Shown here one piece after another: positions 25,631-38,690 of a stretch of DNA of 64,000 bases (its first letter is position 1; each line of letters begins with the position of its first letter). Position numbers and translations under genes: made by a program. The notes beneath the pieces are model-generated. The model was not told the DNA's origin, ran no database searches, and saw only the letters and a program-made list of their open reading frames with translations. Source of the stretch: Octopus vulgaris (lineage: Eukaryota); assembly GCA_951406725.2 (NCBI GenBank), contig OX597837.1, forward strand, positions 2,108,001-2,172,000, read 5' to 3'.

Positions 25631-28271
25631 TCATTTTGTCTGCCTGGACAATAAGAGAGAACTGACAAGGGATTATAGTTATAGGTGCTTGTCTCTCTTA
25701 AAAGGATTTTTTTTAAAAACGCAAGACGAGAATTAACTGTAATGCCAGATACCAGCACGCTGGAGCGTTTAAGTGGACAATAGATCCCGTAGAAATAGCA
25801 ACCAAATCTCCCTCAACTCACACATCACCGTTATAGTAAAAGATGGGTTGAATATATGATTCTGGGTTCCCCACAAATAGAGAAACAAGCAGGATTGTCG
25901 CAACTGGAATGTTTATGCTCAAATGTGTGGCCAATCAAGTGTGACCTGGGGTTAAACGATAACGATATAGATTAGATATAAAGAATTATCTGCATATGTT
26001 AAAAATAGCAGCTAAGTCTCCTTAGAACTTCATACTACTGCCATATTCATCCTTTATTTACCAAATTATTTCCAAAAGTTTGTGAGGTGCAACTCTGCAA
26101 CAGACACCACTCATTTCCCTATGAGGGAAACGGAACAACGTGAGGTGCAGTGCCTTGCCCAAGGACACAATACACAACGTGGACAGGGAATCGAACACAC
26201 GACCTTTTGCTCATGTGTCTGACACCTTAACCAATTGTGCTCGCACTGTCACACGGTAAAAATCAATTTCTGCCATTTTACAAAGAATGTGACATGAGAT
26301 AGTATAGTCTTCGATAGACTGTATTACTGAGCAAAGAGAGGATGGCACGACTGGAACGCTTTTGCTCATAAATCTGTTTAGGAATTATTGATGTTGTGGT
26401 TGTTGTTAAAGATGTCGCTTTGGGGTGACATCTATAACAGCATGAACAGGGGGAGATAAACCGAGCTATGTAGCCTGTATACGGTCGCTTAACCTACTGA
26501 AATGGCATTCAAATGTCGCTCAAGTTTCCCTTTACTCCACTATAAATGGAAGAATACAGTCACTAATGGAGTCCAACAGATGCGATGGTCATGGGTGGAA
26601 TGACGTTGAGATGTTTGTTCGATCTGGTGTAACCTGGAATTAACTACTAGCAACAGACAGACACACAATCACACAGATAGTGAGAGTGTACGCGATTGAT
26701 CGACTGGCTAGAAACAGCAGTTAAATCCCATATAACTCCCAACTTATTGCCTGAAAGAGCAAAGGATATATTGGACCTCATTCACCTACATCTGGTAGTG
26801 ACGCTTCAGCACCAGAGTTCGAAGCTTTTGCGGGTGGAGTATTGTGGAGTTTCCCTGAGTCAACACGATTTCCAGATCGTCTTTGTTCCCGAGTGGTAGT
26901 ACTTCTCAAAGGACCCAGTTGTGGGTGAAGATACAGAAGTTAAGGTATAGAAGACGGAGACGCAAGCTGGCCCTAAGGTATGCGTCACACAGATCCACCA
27001 GTATTTGAACAAGCCCTGATGTAATGTAAGCTAGTCCTGTGTAAGGGTTAAAAAAAAGAAGCCCTTATGTCTCAGGGATGCGCTCAGGATAGCAGGATAT
27101 TATCAAAATAAACTGCGAATAAACCACGAGAAGACAATGGGTAATCACCGCAGCAGGTTTCCCTGGGAAAATCATGGATCTTCAGATTTTGCCTCAGAGA
27201 TCAATGGTGGCCGATGCTTCTAGACATGGCACACGGTGGGAGAACTGCAAGCTAGAATTCTTAAGATTGCAATACAGGCTGATCAAAATCTTATTCCGTC
27301 AGAGTTCACCTAGCGTTAAGCAACAACAAAAACAACAACTACTACTAATGATCCTTCTCCTACTTCTACTTGTTCTCCTCCGCCTCCTCCTCCTATTACT
27401 TCGTTGACTACAACAACTACTACTACTACTACAAAGCAATCAGCCATATCACCAACGCAACAGCACCATAACATGCAACAGATATATCACCCACCACACG
27501 CCAACGGCCACCATTTTAACTACCGCCAGAAACGACACCCCAACAACACAACTACCACCACCACCATCAAAGCAACAACAACAACAACAGCATCAACACT
27601 GAATTTTGTTTTTGTTTTTTTTCGTGCAATTAATTGCGAGAGAAAATAATATTGATCTTAAAATTCACCAAGAATAGAAGATTTTCCTAGGAAGAACAAA
27701 AAACAAAATAGAAGAAATATTCGAAACAGTGGAAATATATTGAACTAATTACAATTCCAAAAAAAAGACACCAAAATATATAGAAGTAATTAGAAATATG
27801 GAATCAATTAAGAAAAATCAATGCCTATTTATTGGTGCTTAAATTTGGTAAAGAGCCAGGCATGTTTGAAGAATTCTGAAACTGTTTTTTTTTTGTGGAG
27901 GATTTACGCTTGTGTATCATTACACAAGTATAGAAAAATATATGCAAGTGTGCATATACATGTACAGGTGTATATATGTATGTGTGTGCATGTGTATGTA
28001 TAGGGGTATGTATGGATTGTTAGAAGTGTATATAGGTGCTTGTATATACACTATAACACAAACAGTTATCAAACACATATCGGTAAGCTATATTTGTATA
28101 TATACACACATATGTATGTATGTGTATATATACAGATATAGAGAGAGAGTTATAATCCAGATATCAGATAGATAGATAGATATAGTCAAGATATAATCAG
28201 AAGTGAATAAATTAACGAATTTATTCTTTCGGATAAAAAGTGTTACACAACCCTCTCCACACAGACATACA

Positions 28272-28313
<42 letters not shown>

Positions 28314-28744
28314 CACGCACATACAGCGATAATTTAGAGTGGTAAAATATACGTGGAAAGAAGGTTTTTCTTACAAACGCAATGGATCGTGTAACAAATT
28401 ACAAAGTTATCCCCCATATAAACAAATAATTGTAAAGATGCGTGGTAAATATCCGGATTGCTAAGTCATCTAATAAATTGTTGTTAAACTTTCTAATAAG
28501 TATCAAAGATGACCACACTTGAAGACTGACGGATCAATTGCATCAAATAGTTATCAATATAGCGATTAAGGGAAATAATTCCTAATGTTACAAATCTTAA
28601 TACAAACTAAGAAGTTTTCTTGAAGTTCTCTTATAGAGGAATTAATTACAGAGTTCTCTTTTAAGGTTAGCGAGGGTATGAGGGGGAGATTACAGTTTAG
28701 CGGTAAGAATTGAAGTAAAATACTGCTAGGGATTACAACAAAAA

Positions 28745-29062
28745 CTGGCATTCCATCGGGTTTGATGAGAGTTCCTGTTCATCAGATCAACGAAACAACT
28801 TGCTCGGGAAATTGATGTGCAAGTGGCTGAGAACTCCAAAGACACGTGTACCTTAACGTGGCTAAGGATATTCAGTTTGACACAGAACATGTCAAGGCTA
28901 ACTAAATGAATTACATGTACAACTCGTTTCTGACAGCTGAGTAGACTGGGGCAAATGAAATAAAGCGTTTTTCACACAGGGTCACGGTGCACCGCTGGGA
29001 ATCGAACTCGCAGGTTTATGATAGTGAGGCGAATACTCGCCAACCACTAAGCCACGTGCCTA
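28745..29062 (-). mobile_element. SINE family C
   Basis: 'gacacgtgtaccttaacgt...gggaatcgaactc...accactaagccacgtgcc'. Confidence 0.75.
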
Positions 29063-29244
29063 TAGATAAACCTGAAATTGATCACGGATAATTAAGAATG
29101 GGGGAGATAAGCGGGTGAATGTACAGACAAAACTTTAAAGAAGGTAATGAAACGTAAACACGACGATTGCCTATATAAAAAAAATGTCGAGCACCAAATC
29201 GAAGAAGCGCTAAACTACATTTATCAGATGTGTAAAAGGGTAAA

Positions 29245-29555
29245 TACTCCCTTTAGTCATGAATGACCCTCAGAGGCACAAATCCGGTCAAGGTTGTTAA
29301 TGGAAGACCAACAGTCCCCAAACATACCAACCGCTTCTCCTCTCCACGCCACCGATGTTATCCAAGAGAAAGGCAAAGGTCGACACAGCTTGGCACCAAT
29401 GACGTCGCAACTCATTCTTACAGCTGAGTGAACTGGAGCAACGTGAAATAAAGTGTCTTACTAAAGAACACAACACGCAGCCCCATCCAAGAATCGAACT
29501 TACTACCACATGATTGGGAGTCCGGCTTTCTAATCACTGAGCCATACGCCTTCAT
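29245..29555 (-). mobile_element. SINE with family-C-like head and a different 3' tail
   Basis: Head/core 'cagctgagtgaactggagcaacgtgaaataaagtgtctt...gaatcgaac' as in family C; tail 'ctctccacgccaccgatgttatccaag' is absent from the other C copies. Confidence 0.7.
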
Positions 29556-31373
29556 ACCAGATATCTCATTATACAGAAATTAAATTAAGAATATTATTTA
29601 AAATTTCCCGTACCCTATGGTACCACCAAATATTTCGCTATTTCGTGCATACATTGTCCCTTAATGTCGTTGTGTGTGTGTGTGTGTGTGTGTATAATAA
29701 ACTTGTGACGTCTTTACAATACTTCATTATTTGAATATTATCATTTCACATCCGTAACCTTCTCATATATTCATATTCTATATTTACTTGTTTGTTTTTG
29801 TAAGTAACGTCTTGGAGAATCACTTCCAGCTCTTTGCATTGTGACAGCAACGTCTATGACAACACCGGTACCAATGTCTATTAACCCAAATCAGAGATCG
29901 CACTTTCGTAAAAAAAAAATAATAATCAATATTTTGAAGAGGGGTAACAGTAATGTATTGGCATCCCTTAGTCTTCCTCTATAAATCGTACTCAGATGTA
30001 TGCAAACATGTGCAGAAGCATGATCGAGATTGGCCGACGGAGAACTTACGTACCTGTTTATATGTAAACTACAATTACGAAGTTATGAATGAGTGCGTGA
30101 TTTTACATCTTGATTTTAAAAGAATTCCTTGGATAAAAGAAAATCGGAGACTGCCTGGAAGGCTGTCTCACAAGCAGTCTTCGACATTTTCTATCGAAAA
30201 AAGGTTTTTAACCCGATATTTACGCGCTATCAGTTATAGTTTTATTTGCTCGAACTTTTACTGTTCCGAACGGGAATTATTTCACGTTCTCTTGAAGGTT
30301 CTACATTCTTATTACGAATTTATAGCCTAAAACCGAGAATTTGTACATCTTTATTTGGAGTGGTTATTATTTTGAGACTATATTTAATGAGCAAGGTAGA
30401 CCAAAGAAATGAGGGTGTTTTCTTGTGAATTTCAAGTCGTCATGAGAAAATGATATGTTGATATGATTTCTTATGAAACAACTTAAGGAAAAATTTAAAA
30501 GGGAAATAAGAAAATAGTAGCGAGGTAATAAAAGGATGTGTGAAGAATTATAGGAAATTATACACAATAAGATAAACCGTAAAGTAAGACAAAAGATAAT
30601 TAATCATATCACAAATGGCTGAAATAGAGTTATACATAGCAATAATGTCAAAAATAGTATTCGTTTGTATGGAAAGAACAATAATTGACATAGATAAACA
30701 GACAGAAAATTATGCTGGCGACATACTTATCTCTTTATTCGATTATTCATTATCTTCTTTTGTTTTAACTAGAATTACGTCCTCAATTTCCTTGAATTCT
30801 TTGCCTCTAACCTGCCATAATTTCCACCTTGACTTCCACTAATCTCCGAACAATTTTCAAAGGAATTCTTCCAGACGAATATCGAGACAACACTTTGAAA
30901 GAAATAAATGTTCAATAACTGAAAAACGACCTTCTTAGTATATTTTAACGGATGTCTAAACATACGAGATACTTGTCTTAACCATTTCCTAAATATAAAT
31001 TCTTCGCGATAACCACATTGGAGGGAAATTTCGGTTAGATTCTTCTGTTTAAAACCTAATTTGGCAACGGAATGGATTATTCTCATAATATCCTTCAGAT
31101 TTGTAACCCTTGCAAGATAAAAGGCAAGACTGACGTCACCTGAATTTGAACTCACAATGTGTGGAAACGTAATTAAAGAATGCACGGTATTATACTGTAG
31201 ATCTAACAATTCTATCTGTCGGCCTTTTCTATCATAGATACTCTCTCTCTCTCTCTCCATCAGTCGCTGTATTTTATTCCACTCAGAGTTTCCTATGAAT
31301 TATGCTGCCCATCTTATTGACTTGGCAATTGAATTTTAAAAAACTCGAGTGTTTCATGGCTAATATGTGTGCA

Positions 31374-31442
<69 letters not shown>

Positions 31443-31604
31443 CAGATACAACTCATTTTTTTGCCCAACTGAGTGGATTATAGGAAAGAGAAATAAAATG
31501 TCTTGCTCGGGGACACAACACGCCGCCGTCAGCCGAGTATATATATATATGGAATGATAAATACGTGTGTATTTGTCTGTGTATATATGTTTATGCAGCG
31601 AAGG

Positions 31605-31918
31605 TTTGTGGCTTAACAGTTACGGATTGTCGGCCCACGAGAATTCGATACTCGGCTGACGGCGGCGTGTTGTGTCCCTGAGCAAGACATTTTATTTCTC
31701 TTTCCTCTAATCCACTCAGTTGGGCAAAAAATGAGTTGTATCTGTCATTCAAAAGGGCCAACCTTATCTCATTCTTTGTCACGATGAATCTCCCTTAGAA
31801 CAACGTTAAGGGTTATGCGTATCTGTGGAGTGCTCGGCTACTTGTAAAGTTCCCGGGCAGGCTGTTCACTCACCGAATCAACTGGAACATTCATCGTCGT
31901 AATCGACTCAGTGCCAGT
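31605..31918 (+). mobile_element. SINE family C
   Basis: 'gtgttgtgtccctgagcaagacattttatttc...aacgttaagggttatgcgtatctgtggagtgctc'. Confidence 0.8.
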
Positions 31919-31929
31919 GTATGCATATG

Positions 31930-32004
<75 letters not shown>

Positions 32005-32057
32005 ATAAAAATGGAGTAATTTCGATTACCCCACGTGGTGAGCCATAATATATATAT

Positions 32058-33614
32058 AAGAAATTAAAGAAGGAAAATGCACACACTTTACACAGTTTTA
32101 ATATCTTTCTTAATATATTTTATATTGCATTTGCCGACCGGTTTTGCTTTCGCTAATCTTCAATTATGTATTTTCTTAAACATTTGTTGTCTATGTTGTG
32201 TGTAGAGTTTATGAATGAATGATTCAACAAGTAGAAAAATCCAAGAGGAGATAATGGGTGATCGTTATTATTGTGGACAGGGAAGATAATTTTTCATCTT
32301 TCGGTGGTGGTGGAGGAATATATACACACAAAAATTCAAAAGCTATGGTGGTGGGGAGAAATATGCAGTGATGGGTATGTAAACGTGAATTAAAATACGT
32401 ATAGAGATCAAAGTTGGTTATGCGTGCATATTTAGACGTGTTCTATAATTTTCGATGAAAAAGTTTTCTTTATTTAATCGTTCTTGTATAGAAATTATAT
32501 CTTTACACTGGTAGAAGGGGAAAACTGTGAAATTTGGTTTGATGTTACCTGCACATATCTGTGTGTGTTCACTTAAAGGAATCTGTCTGTATTGCGGGAA
32601 CCAGATCTGTTCTTTATGTAGAGTGGTTCTCTGTCTCAATGTCTTACTAGTCTGTTCTACATAGTTATGTCCACCACCCGAGCAGATTATTATATAATTA
32701 GACTCTCAGAGGCACAAGCAAAGCTAGTTTTAATTGTGAACCTCTCACCTTGTTTGAAAAGGAAATCTAATTCTTCAAGTAGGTTGGGGCATGTTCCACA
32801 GTTTATGCGTCCACATTTTTAACCGTTGGCTTCTTGATTGTTGTGTAAAGCTTCGCATTTGTTAGAAGTCTCAAGCGATTTGTGTTGCTTTTTGCATTTG
32901 ATAAATTTATGTTTTCAAGATGTTTTCATTTTGGGGTCTCTAGTTAGTAACGGAAGATTTTGCACAATAGTGTTGTATGCCTCATTGTTTCTAGGGTTGT
33001 GTTTCAAGATGAAATGTGGTGTTATATTTTGTTGTCCTTAGTGTTTTTATGTCTCTTCTCTTGGCACGCTTAATATCATCGTCTATAAGTGAGGGTAGAT
33101 TTTGTCTTTTAGTTAGTGTTGTTCTGAGGTTTTGAAAGCGGAGGTCCCGAGTAATTCTATCAGTCACTATTGTGAAAATCCTTTTTGCCAAATTAAAGGG
33201 GATATTTATGTTAATGTGTTTCGGGTAGCATTAGCTAAAAAGGATATAGTGCTTCGAGTCCGTTGGTTTATGATAGATGTCAGTTATAATTTGGTTGATG
33301 ACTTTTTTATCATGATATCCAAAAATGGGAGCTGTTCTTAGTTTATATTTCATTGTGAATTGAATATTACAGTTTATATCATTTAGTGTTGATTTTAATT
33401 CAAAACGTTTATCAATGGTCTCCTTCCAAATGATAAAACCGTCATTCAGGTATCTTTTCCAGATCTGTCTTATATTTTAAGAAAATACGTAATTAAAATA
33501 ATTTTAATGTCATGATTGGCGAAAGCCAAACCGGTCGACAAACACAATAGAAGATATATTTTAAAATGTATTAAAACTATGTATAGTGTGTGCATTTTCC
33601 TTCTTTAATTTCTT
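32058..33614 (-). mobile_element. Penelope-like element (Neptune-like), decayed, with inverted termini
   Basis: Minus strand 'IWKRYLNDGFIIWK' (RT YxDD site decayed), thumb 'AKRIFTIVTD', GIY-YIG C-terminus 'YRQIPLSEH...ERLNKENFFI'. 32058-32180 is inverted relative to 33475-33614. Confidence 0.88.
33508..33540 (+). ncRNA. Degenerate HHR remnant in inverted pseudo-LTR
   Basis: tgtc atga tt ggc-gaaa-gcc aaac cg GTC gaca; stem I tgtc/gaca and stem II ggc/gcc are present, core bases are lost. Confidence 0.4.
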
Positions 33615-33825
33615 GTGCGTGTGTGTGCATGTGGAACACTAATGATATGCAAGACTTTTCTAAAGTTTAAAGCGTGAGATTCTTTTTGTTATCTACATTC
33701 CAAGAATGGAGCTTTTGTATCTTTGTTAGAAACCAGCTCCTTCCTCTCAGAAAGATTTCAAATAATTAAAAAAACAGAAGAGAGCATACATACACACACA
33801 CATGTATATACGTATGCCTTATGTA

Positions 33826-33869
<44 letters not shown>

Positions 33870-34224
33870 TATACACACACATATATACACCTCTCTATAT
33901 ATGTGTGAATGTATGTACGCATGTATCTAACATATATATGTATGTGTGTGCACATATATATACTCTACACTACGCATACAAAGACGAAGATAACAATCTC
34001 CTCACAAGCTGCAATATATATCGATGTATTAAATTGTCCTGTCTCATCATAATTGCTTTTATTTCTGAAGTAAAATATAGTAATACAAATGTTGACTGAT
34101 ATTGGCGTTTATGATAACTAGACACCACGAGCGCCCCCCACTCTCTCTTTTCCAGCTCACCCTCTCTCTGTCTCTCTCCCTCTCTGTACATATATATATA
34201 CATACATACTTGATATATCTATCC

Positions 34225-34255
<31 letters not shown>

Positions 34256-34470
34256 TATGTATATGTGTGTTTCAGTTTTAAGAGACAAGGGGGGAGAAGC
34301 TAGAAAGATTTCTACCACGATAAATACTTGAAATATATCGCAGTAAACGTATATATCAATGAAAATATATAGATATATATATAGTATATATTTCACAATT
34401 TAAGAAATACGTGTATATATACATATATGAGTGTGTACATTTGCATATATGCACATTTGTGTATGCGCGG

Positions 34471-34508
<38 letters not shown>

Positions 34509-35060
34509 GACTTTATATGCATATGCGATTATAAAACATTGTAGTATATATATATATACACATACACCTTTGATATACATACATATGTGTATATATTTTT
34601 ATATATATTTGTGTATACATATACATATGCACATGACATACAGCTACGTATATATACGTATATAATAGTCGCATTGAATTACATATAAAATACTCATATT
34701 TACAGATATGTGTATATACATGTGTTTGTGTATGTATGTATGTATGTATGTATGTATGTATGTATGTATGTATGTATGTATATATATATATATATATGGT
34801 ATTTATACATATATAGATGTATATGTATGTATAGGTGGGCGTACGTGTGTGTTTAGACCATAATCATTCCATTGTTTACCTGGTCGTTATGTCTCTATCG
34901 ATGTATGACCAATGAAAATCACTAGAACTGTCTGGATGCTTTTGAGTTTTTCTGCTTAAAGACGATTATAACCTACTAAGTTGTCAGTTACAGTTACATA
35001 ATTGTCACATACTCTGCATCCATCATTCCATGTACATACACACGCACATATATACATATG

Positions 35061-35140
<80 letters not shown>

Positions 35141-36074
35141 TGTGTGTGTTATGGTATTGTTTTCTTTGCTCCCTCTCGCATTCTCTCCATTTCTCTTTCT
35201 CACTCTTTTTCTCTTTTTCACTGTCTTTCTCTCCCAGTTAACATCTTTGATTTACTTTATCCCTGTACAGCTCTAATATAGCATTAACCTACAACTTTTG
35301 TTTATTTACTGTTATTACAGATGTCTCTGCCAACCAAACTGCAACAGTGCATGCATTTATTCATACATAAATGCCTGTGTACATACCTACGTACATCAAT
35401 ACACACACACACATACACACACGCACATTAAAATGTTAGCCACATAAACACATACGAGCATGTACGTCTTTATATATAAGTGTGAGTGTCGCTGTGTGTG
35501 CATGCGTGTGTGTGTGTGTGTGCTTGCGTGTATATATTTGTGAGATTATATCTGTACCAAGTATTAAAATATATTCTCAGCCCATCACCCATCTCCTACT
35601 TAACTCTCTTTTTATTTCTATCTCCTTCTCTCCACCCCCCTCTCTCTCTCTCTCTCTCTTTATTTATCTCTTTAATGTATAAAAGCATCATGATTATATA
35701 CATATTTGGTTTTTCGTGACTCTTCTGAGGAATGGTCAGGAACATTTCGAGACAGTTATGGTTTTTGAAAGTTTCAAAGGTAATATTTAAATGACAGTAT
35801 TTTCAAAGCAATACACAGCACGCACGCGCCCGCAAACACGAACACACACACATACGCACATACAGACACAGACAAACACACACACAAACACACATAACAA
35901 AACACACACAAACGCATACACTCACAGACCAAAGTGTTCTGTTTCGTTTATCAGACAATTAAATTTCTTTTCTCCTCTCAAGAGTCTGTAACATTCTACC
36001 TTACATACATACATACACACACACATACATACATACACATATACACACACATACATAAGTCCATAGACACACAC

Positions 36075-36395
36075 AGCTACTCCGTCGGTTACGACGACGA
36101 GTGTTCCAGTTGATCCTATCAACGGAACAGCCTGCTCTTGAAATCAACATAGAAGTGGCTGGGTACTCCACAGACACCTGAACCTTTAACGAAGTTCTCG
36201 GAGATTTAGCGTTACTCAGAGTGTAATAAGGCTGGCCTTTGAATCACAGGTACAACTCATTGTTACCTGTTGGGTGGACTGGAGCAACGTGAAATAAAGT
36301 GTCTTGTTCAAGGACACAACGCGCCGTTAGGAATCGAAATCATGACATAACGATCGTGAGTCGAAGAACCTAACCACTAAACCACGCGCCTTACA
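36075..36395 (-). mobile_element. SINE family C
   Basis: 'ctccgtcggttacgacgacgag...ggaatcgaaatcatgac...taaccactaaaccacgcgcc'. Confidence 0.85.
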
Positions 36396-36431
36396 TGCAC
36401 ACACACAAACATACATAATTATACATACATA

Positions 36432-36810
36432 GTGGAGGCGTAATGGCCCAGTGGTTAGGGAAGCAGACTCGCGGTCGTGGGATGGCAATTTCGATTCCCA
36501 GATCAGGCGTTGTGAGTTTTTGAGCAAAAACACCTAAAGCACCACGGAGCTCCGGCAGAGGATGGTGGCGAACCCTGCTGTAATCTTCCACCACAACTTT
36601 CTCTTACTCTTTCTTCCTGTTTCTGTTGTACCTGTATTTCAAAGGGCCAGCCTTGTCACACTGTGTCACGCTGAATCTCCCCGAGAACTACGGTAAGGGT
36701 ACACGTGTCTGTGGAGTGCTCAGCCACTTACACGTTAATTTCACGAGCAGGCTGTTCCATTGATTGGATCAACTAGAACCCTCGTTGTCGTAAGCGACGG
36801 AGTACCACAA
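36432..36810 (+). mobile_element. SINE family C, long variant, near full length
   Basis: tRNA-like head 'ggaggcgtaatggcccagtggttagg...tttcgattccc', tail 'cgtaagcgacggagtaccac'. Confidence 0.88.
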
Positions 36811-38004
36811 ATACTTACATACATCCCAATTAGATCTGCTACCACGTTAAATATAGTAGATCAGATAGTTGTTAGGGACAGAGAAGTGAAAGTATGGGCC
36901 GTCATAATGGTCAGCTACTCAGCCGATGTGAATGTCGTTTTCGAAAACCAAAGAGAAGCAGGATAATAATGGACAACTTTGAAATGATTAGAAATAGAAA
37001 AAATATGCATACGTAAATAATTTATGCACGACAGCAGTGTGTGCATGTATGCGTATACATGTGTGTGCGTGTGTGTAGCTAGACAGATAGATAGGAAGAG
37101 AGTATATTCAGCAGATATATTATGCAGTCATCAATTAGGCGAACGCTGTAGTGGAAAACCTAATTTGCATATTTATACATTTGACGGCTCATCACAGATT
37201 GAATATAATGGGTTGCTTTTTTCACTCGTTCTTTTGGCAGCTCATCATTAATTAAACAATATATATTTTAAGCAATGCACACATTGATTGAGGACTGAGT
37301 AGCTATATAATAATCTGCTTGTTTGTTCGCCCGTTATACATCAGGGAGATGAAATGAGTGAGAGGTGGAGTAAGAATGAGAGAGAGACACAGAGAGAGAG
37401 AGAGTGAAAGAGAGAGGGGAGTGAAGAAAGAAGAGAGGAAAAAGGTAATTAATATTAATACAGTTAGGCCAAATAGTCACGTGGTCAGCTGAAAGTAGAG
37501 GCAAAGAAGGAAAGAAAGAAAGATAGGGAGAGAAATGTGTTAACAAAGTACGGTGGGGGTGGGGAAGGAATACTTATTACGTGAATAAAAAAAGGTAGCT
37601 GAAGGGGAATACAGTGGAAGCAGTTATGTTATGAGAGAGAGGGGGCAGATAGCGGTGAGGGTGGTGGTGGTGGTGGTGCGTTGATTGTGAAAAGTTTTTT
37701 TTTTTATTGAACTAATAGTTTTTATGGTGACCATCGCTGAAGGCATCCGCGTAAATGCAATTATTTATCGTCTGCTAACTTAAAACATTGAAATTTGGTT
37801 ATAAGGAAAAATTTAGTCTAAACTCTGGACTTACAAGAAACAAGGACACAAGAAAGGATGCGCAGATATAGAGCCCGATTGAGGGGGAACAGCGGGAAAA
37901 TATAAGAAAAAGTGTGGAAAAGACAACACTGACGGAGACACGAGGAAATGAAGGTAGACGAACATTAAGAACATTTAAAGAAGGCTAAATTTTGAATGCT
38001 ATAA

Positions 38005-38167
38005 AAATGCAAATCATCTTTTCATTATACGGGTTTCACTTGTATACTTAAATCTCAGAATCTCTTGCTGCCAGTGAATTAAACATTGAACGCAATCTTA
38101 GGAGTTTCGATTTGCAAAAAAATAAAAAAAATATAGAGGGTATCTTGTGATGAATATTTCGCCATTT
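38005..38167. repeat. ~163-bp direct repeat, copy 1
   Basis: 'aaatgcaaatcatcttttcattatacgggtttcac...gatgaatatttcgccattt', nearly identical to 39940-40101. Confidence 0.92.
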
Positions 38168-38199
38168 TTTGTCTACTCTTCAGAGAAGAGTTTCCTTCC

Positions 38200-38690
38200 C
38201 CATTGACTATTCAGTTATCTTGGTAGATGCAAGTTGAACTGAAGGGTAGACTTGTCTTCCTAGAAGAGATACTGGTGACATCAAATCCGTCCAGACATGC
38301 CCCTGCTCTTCAGGAATGCAAGAACAACCATTGCGGTTGAACTCATAGTGCTTTAAGGGAGACTCGATATTTCCCACTACATAAAGAAATCGAGGCATCA
38401 GAATTTAGTCGACAAAGCCCATGTCAAGGGGTGGCATGCGGTCTCATTCTCCTTTGAAATCGGCTGAAGAAAGCTACCAAAGAAATCGAATAAAGAAAGC
38501 TACCAAAGAAATAGGCACGGCAGCCGAAAATTGCTCAACATGGGCTATGGTTGATAAGAAGCCACAAGAGGAACCTTTTTTTAGGGAAGGTTATCTTAGT
38601 CCTCGCCACACCACTCAAGTGAAACGTAGAGACGTAGAGGTGAAGCGCTCGTGACTCTAGGATACCGGCTGACGATGCGGAAAGTTTTCC
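38200..38690 (+). mobile_element. HERO-like RLE retrotransposon 3' end remnant
   Basis: 'IRPDMPLLFRNARTTIAVELIVL' from 38285 (PD..E RLE motif) and 'IKKATKEIGTAAENCSTW', compared with recalled HERO 'AAEKASxWLW'. Confidence 0.65.

Noticed and set aside
36432-36510. tRNA gene
   Set aside because: tRNA-derived SINE head continuing into the SINE body; no complete cloverleaf. The same applies to the other SINE heads.
38145-38185. HHR on the minus strand (CTGAAGA...CGAAA)
   Set aside because: Stem II and stem I do not pair; the motif spans a repeat junction and is likely chance.
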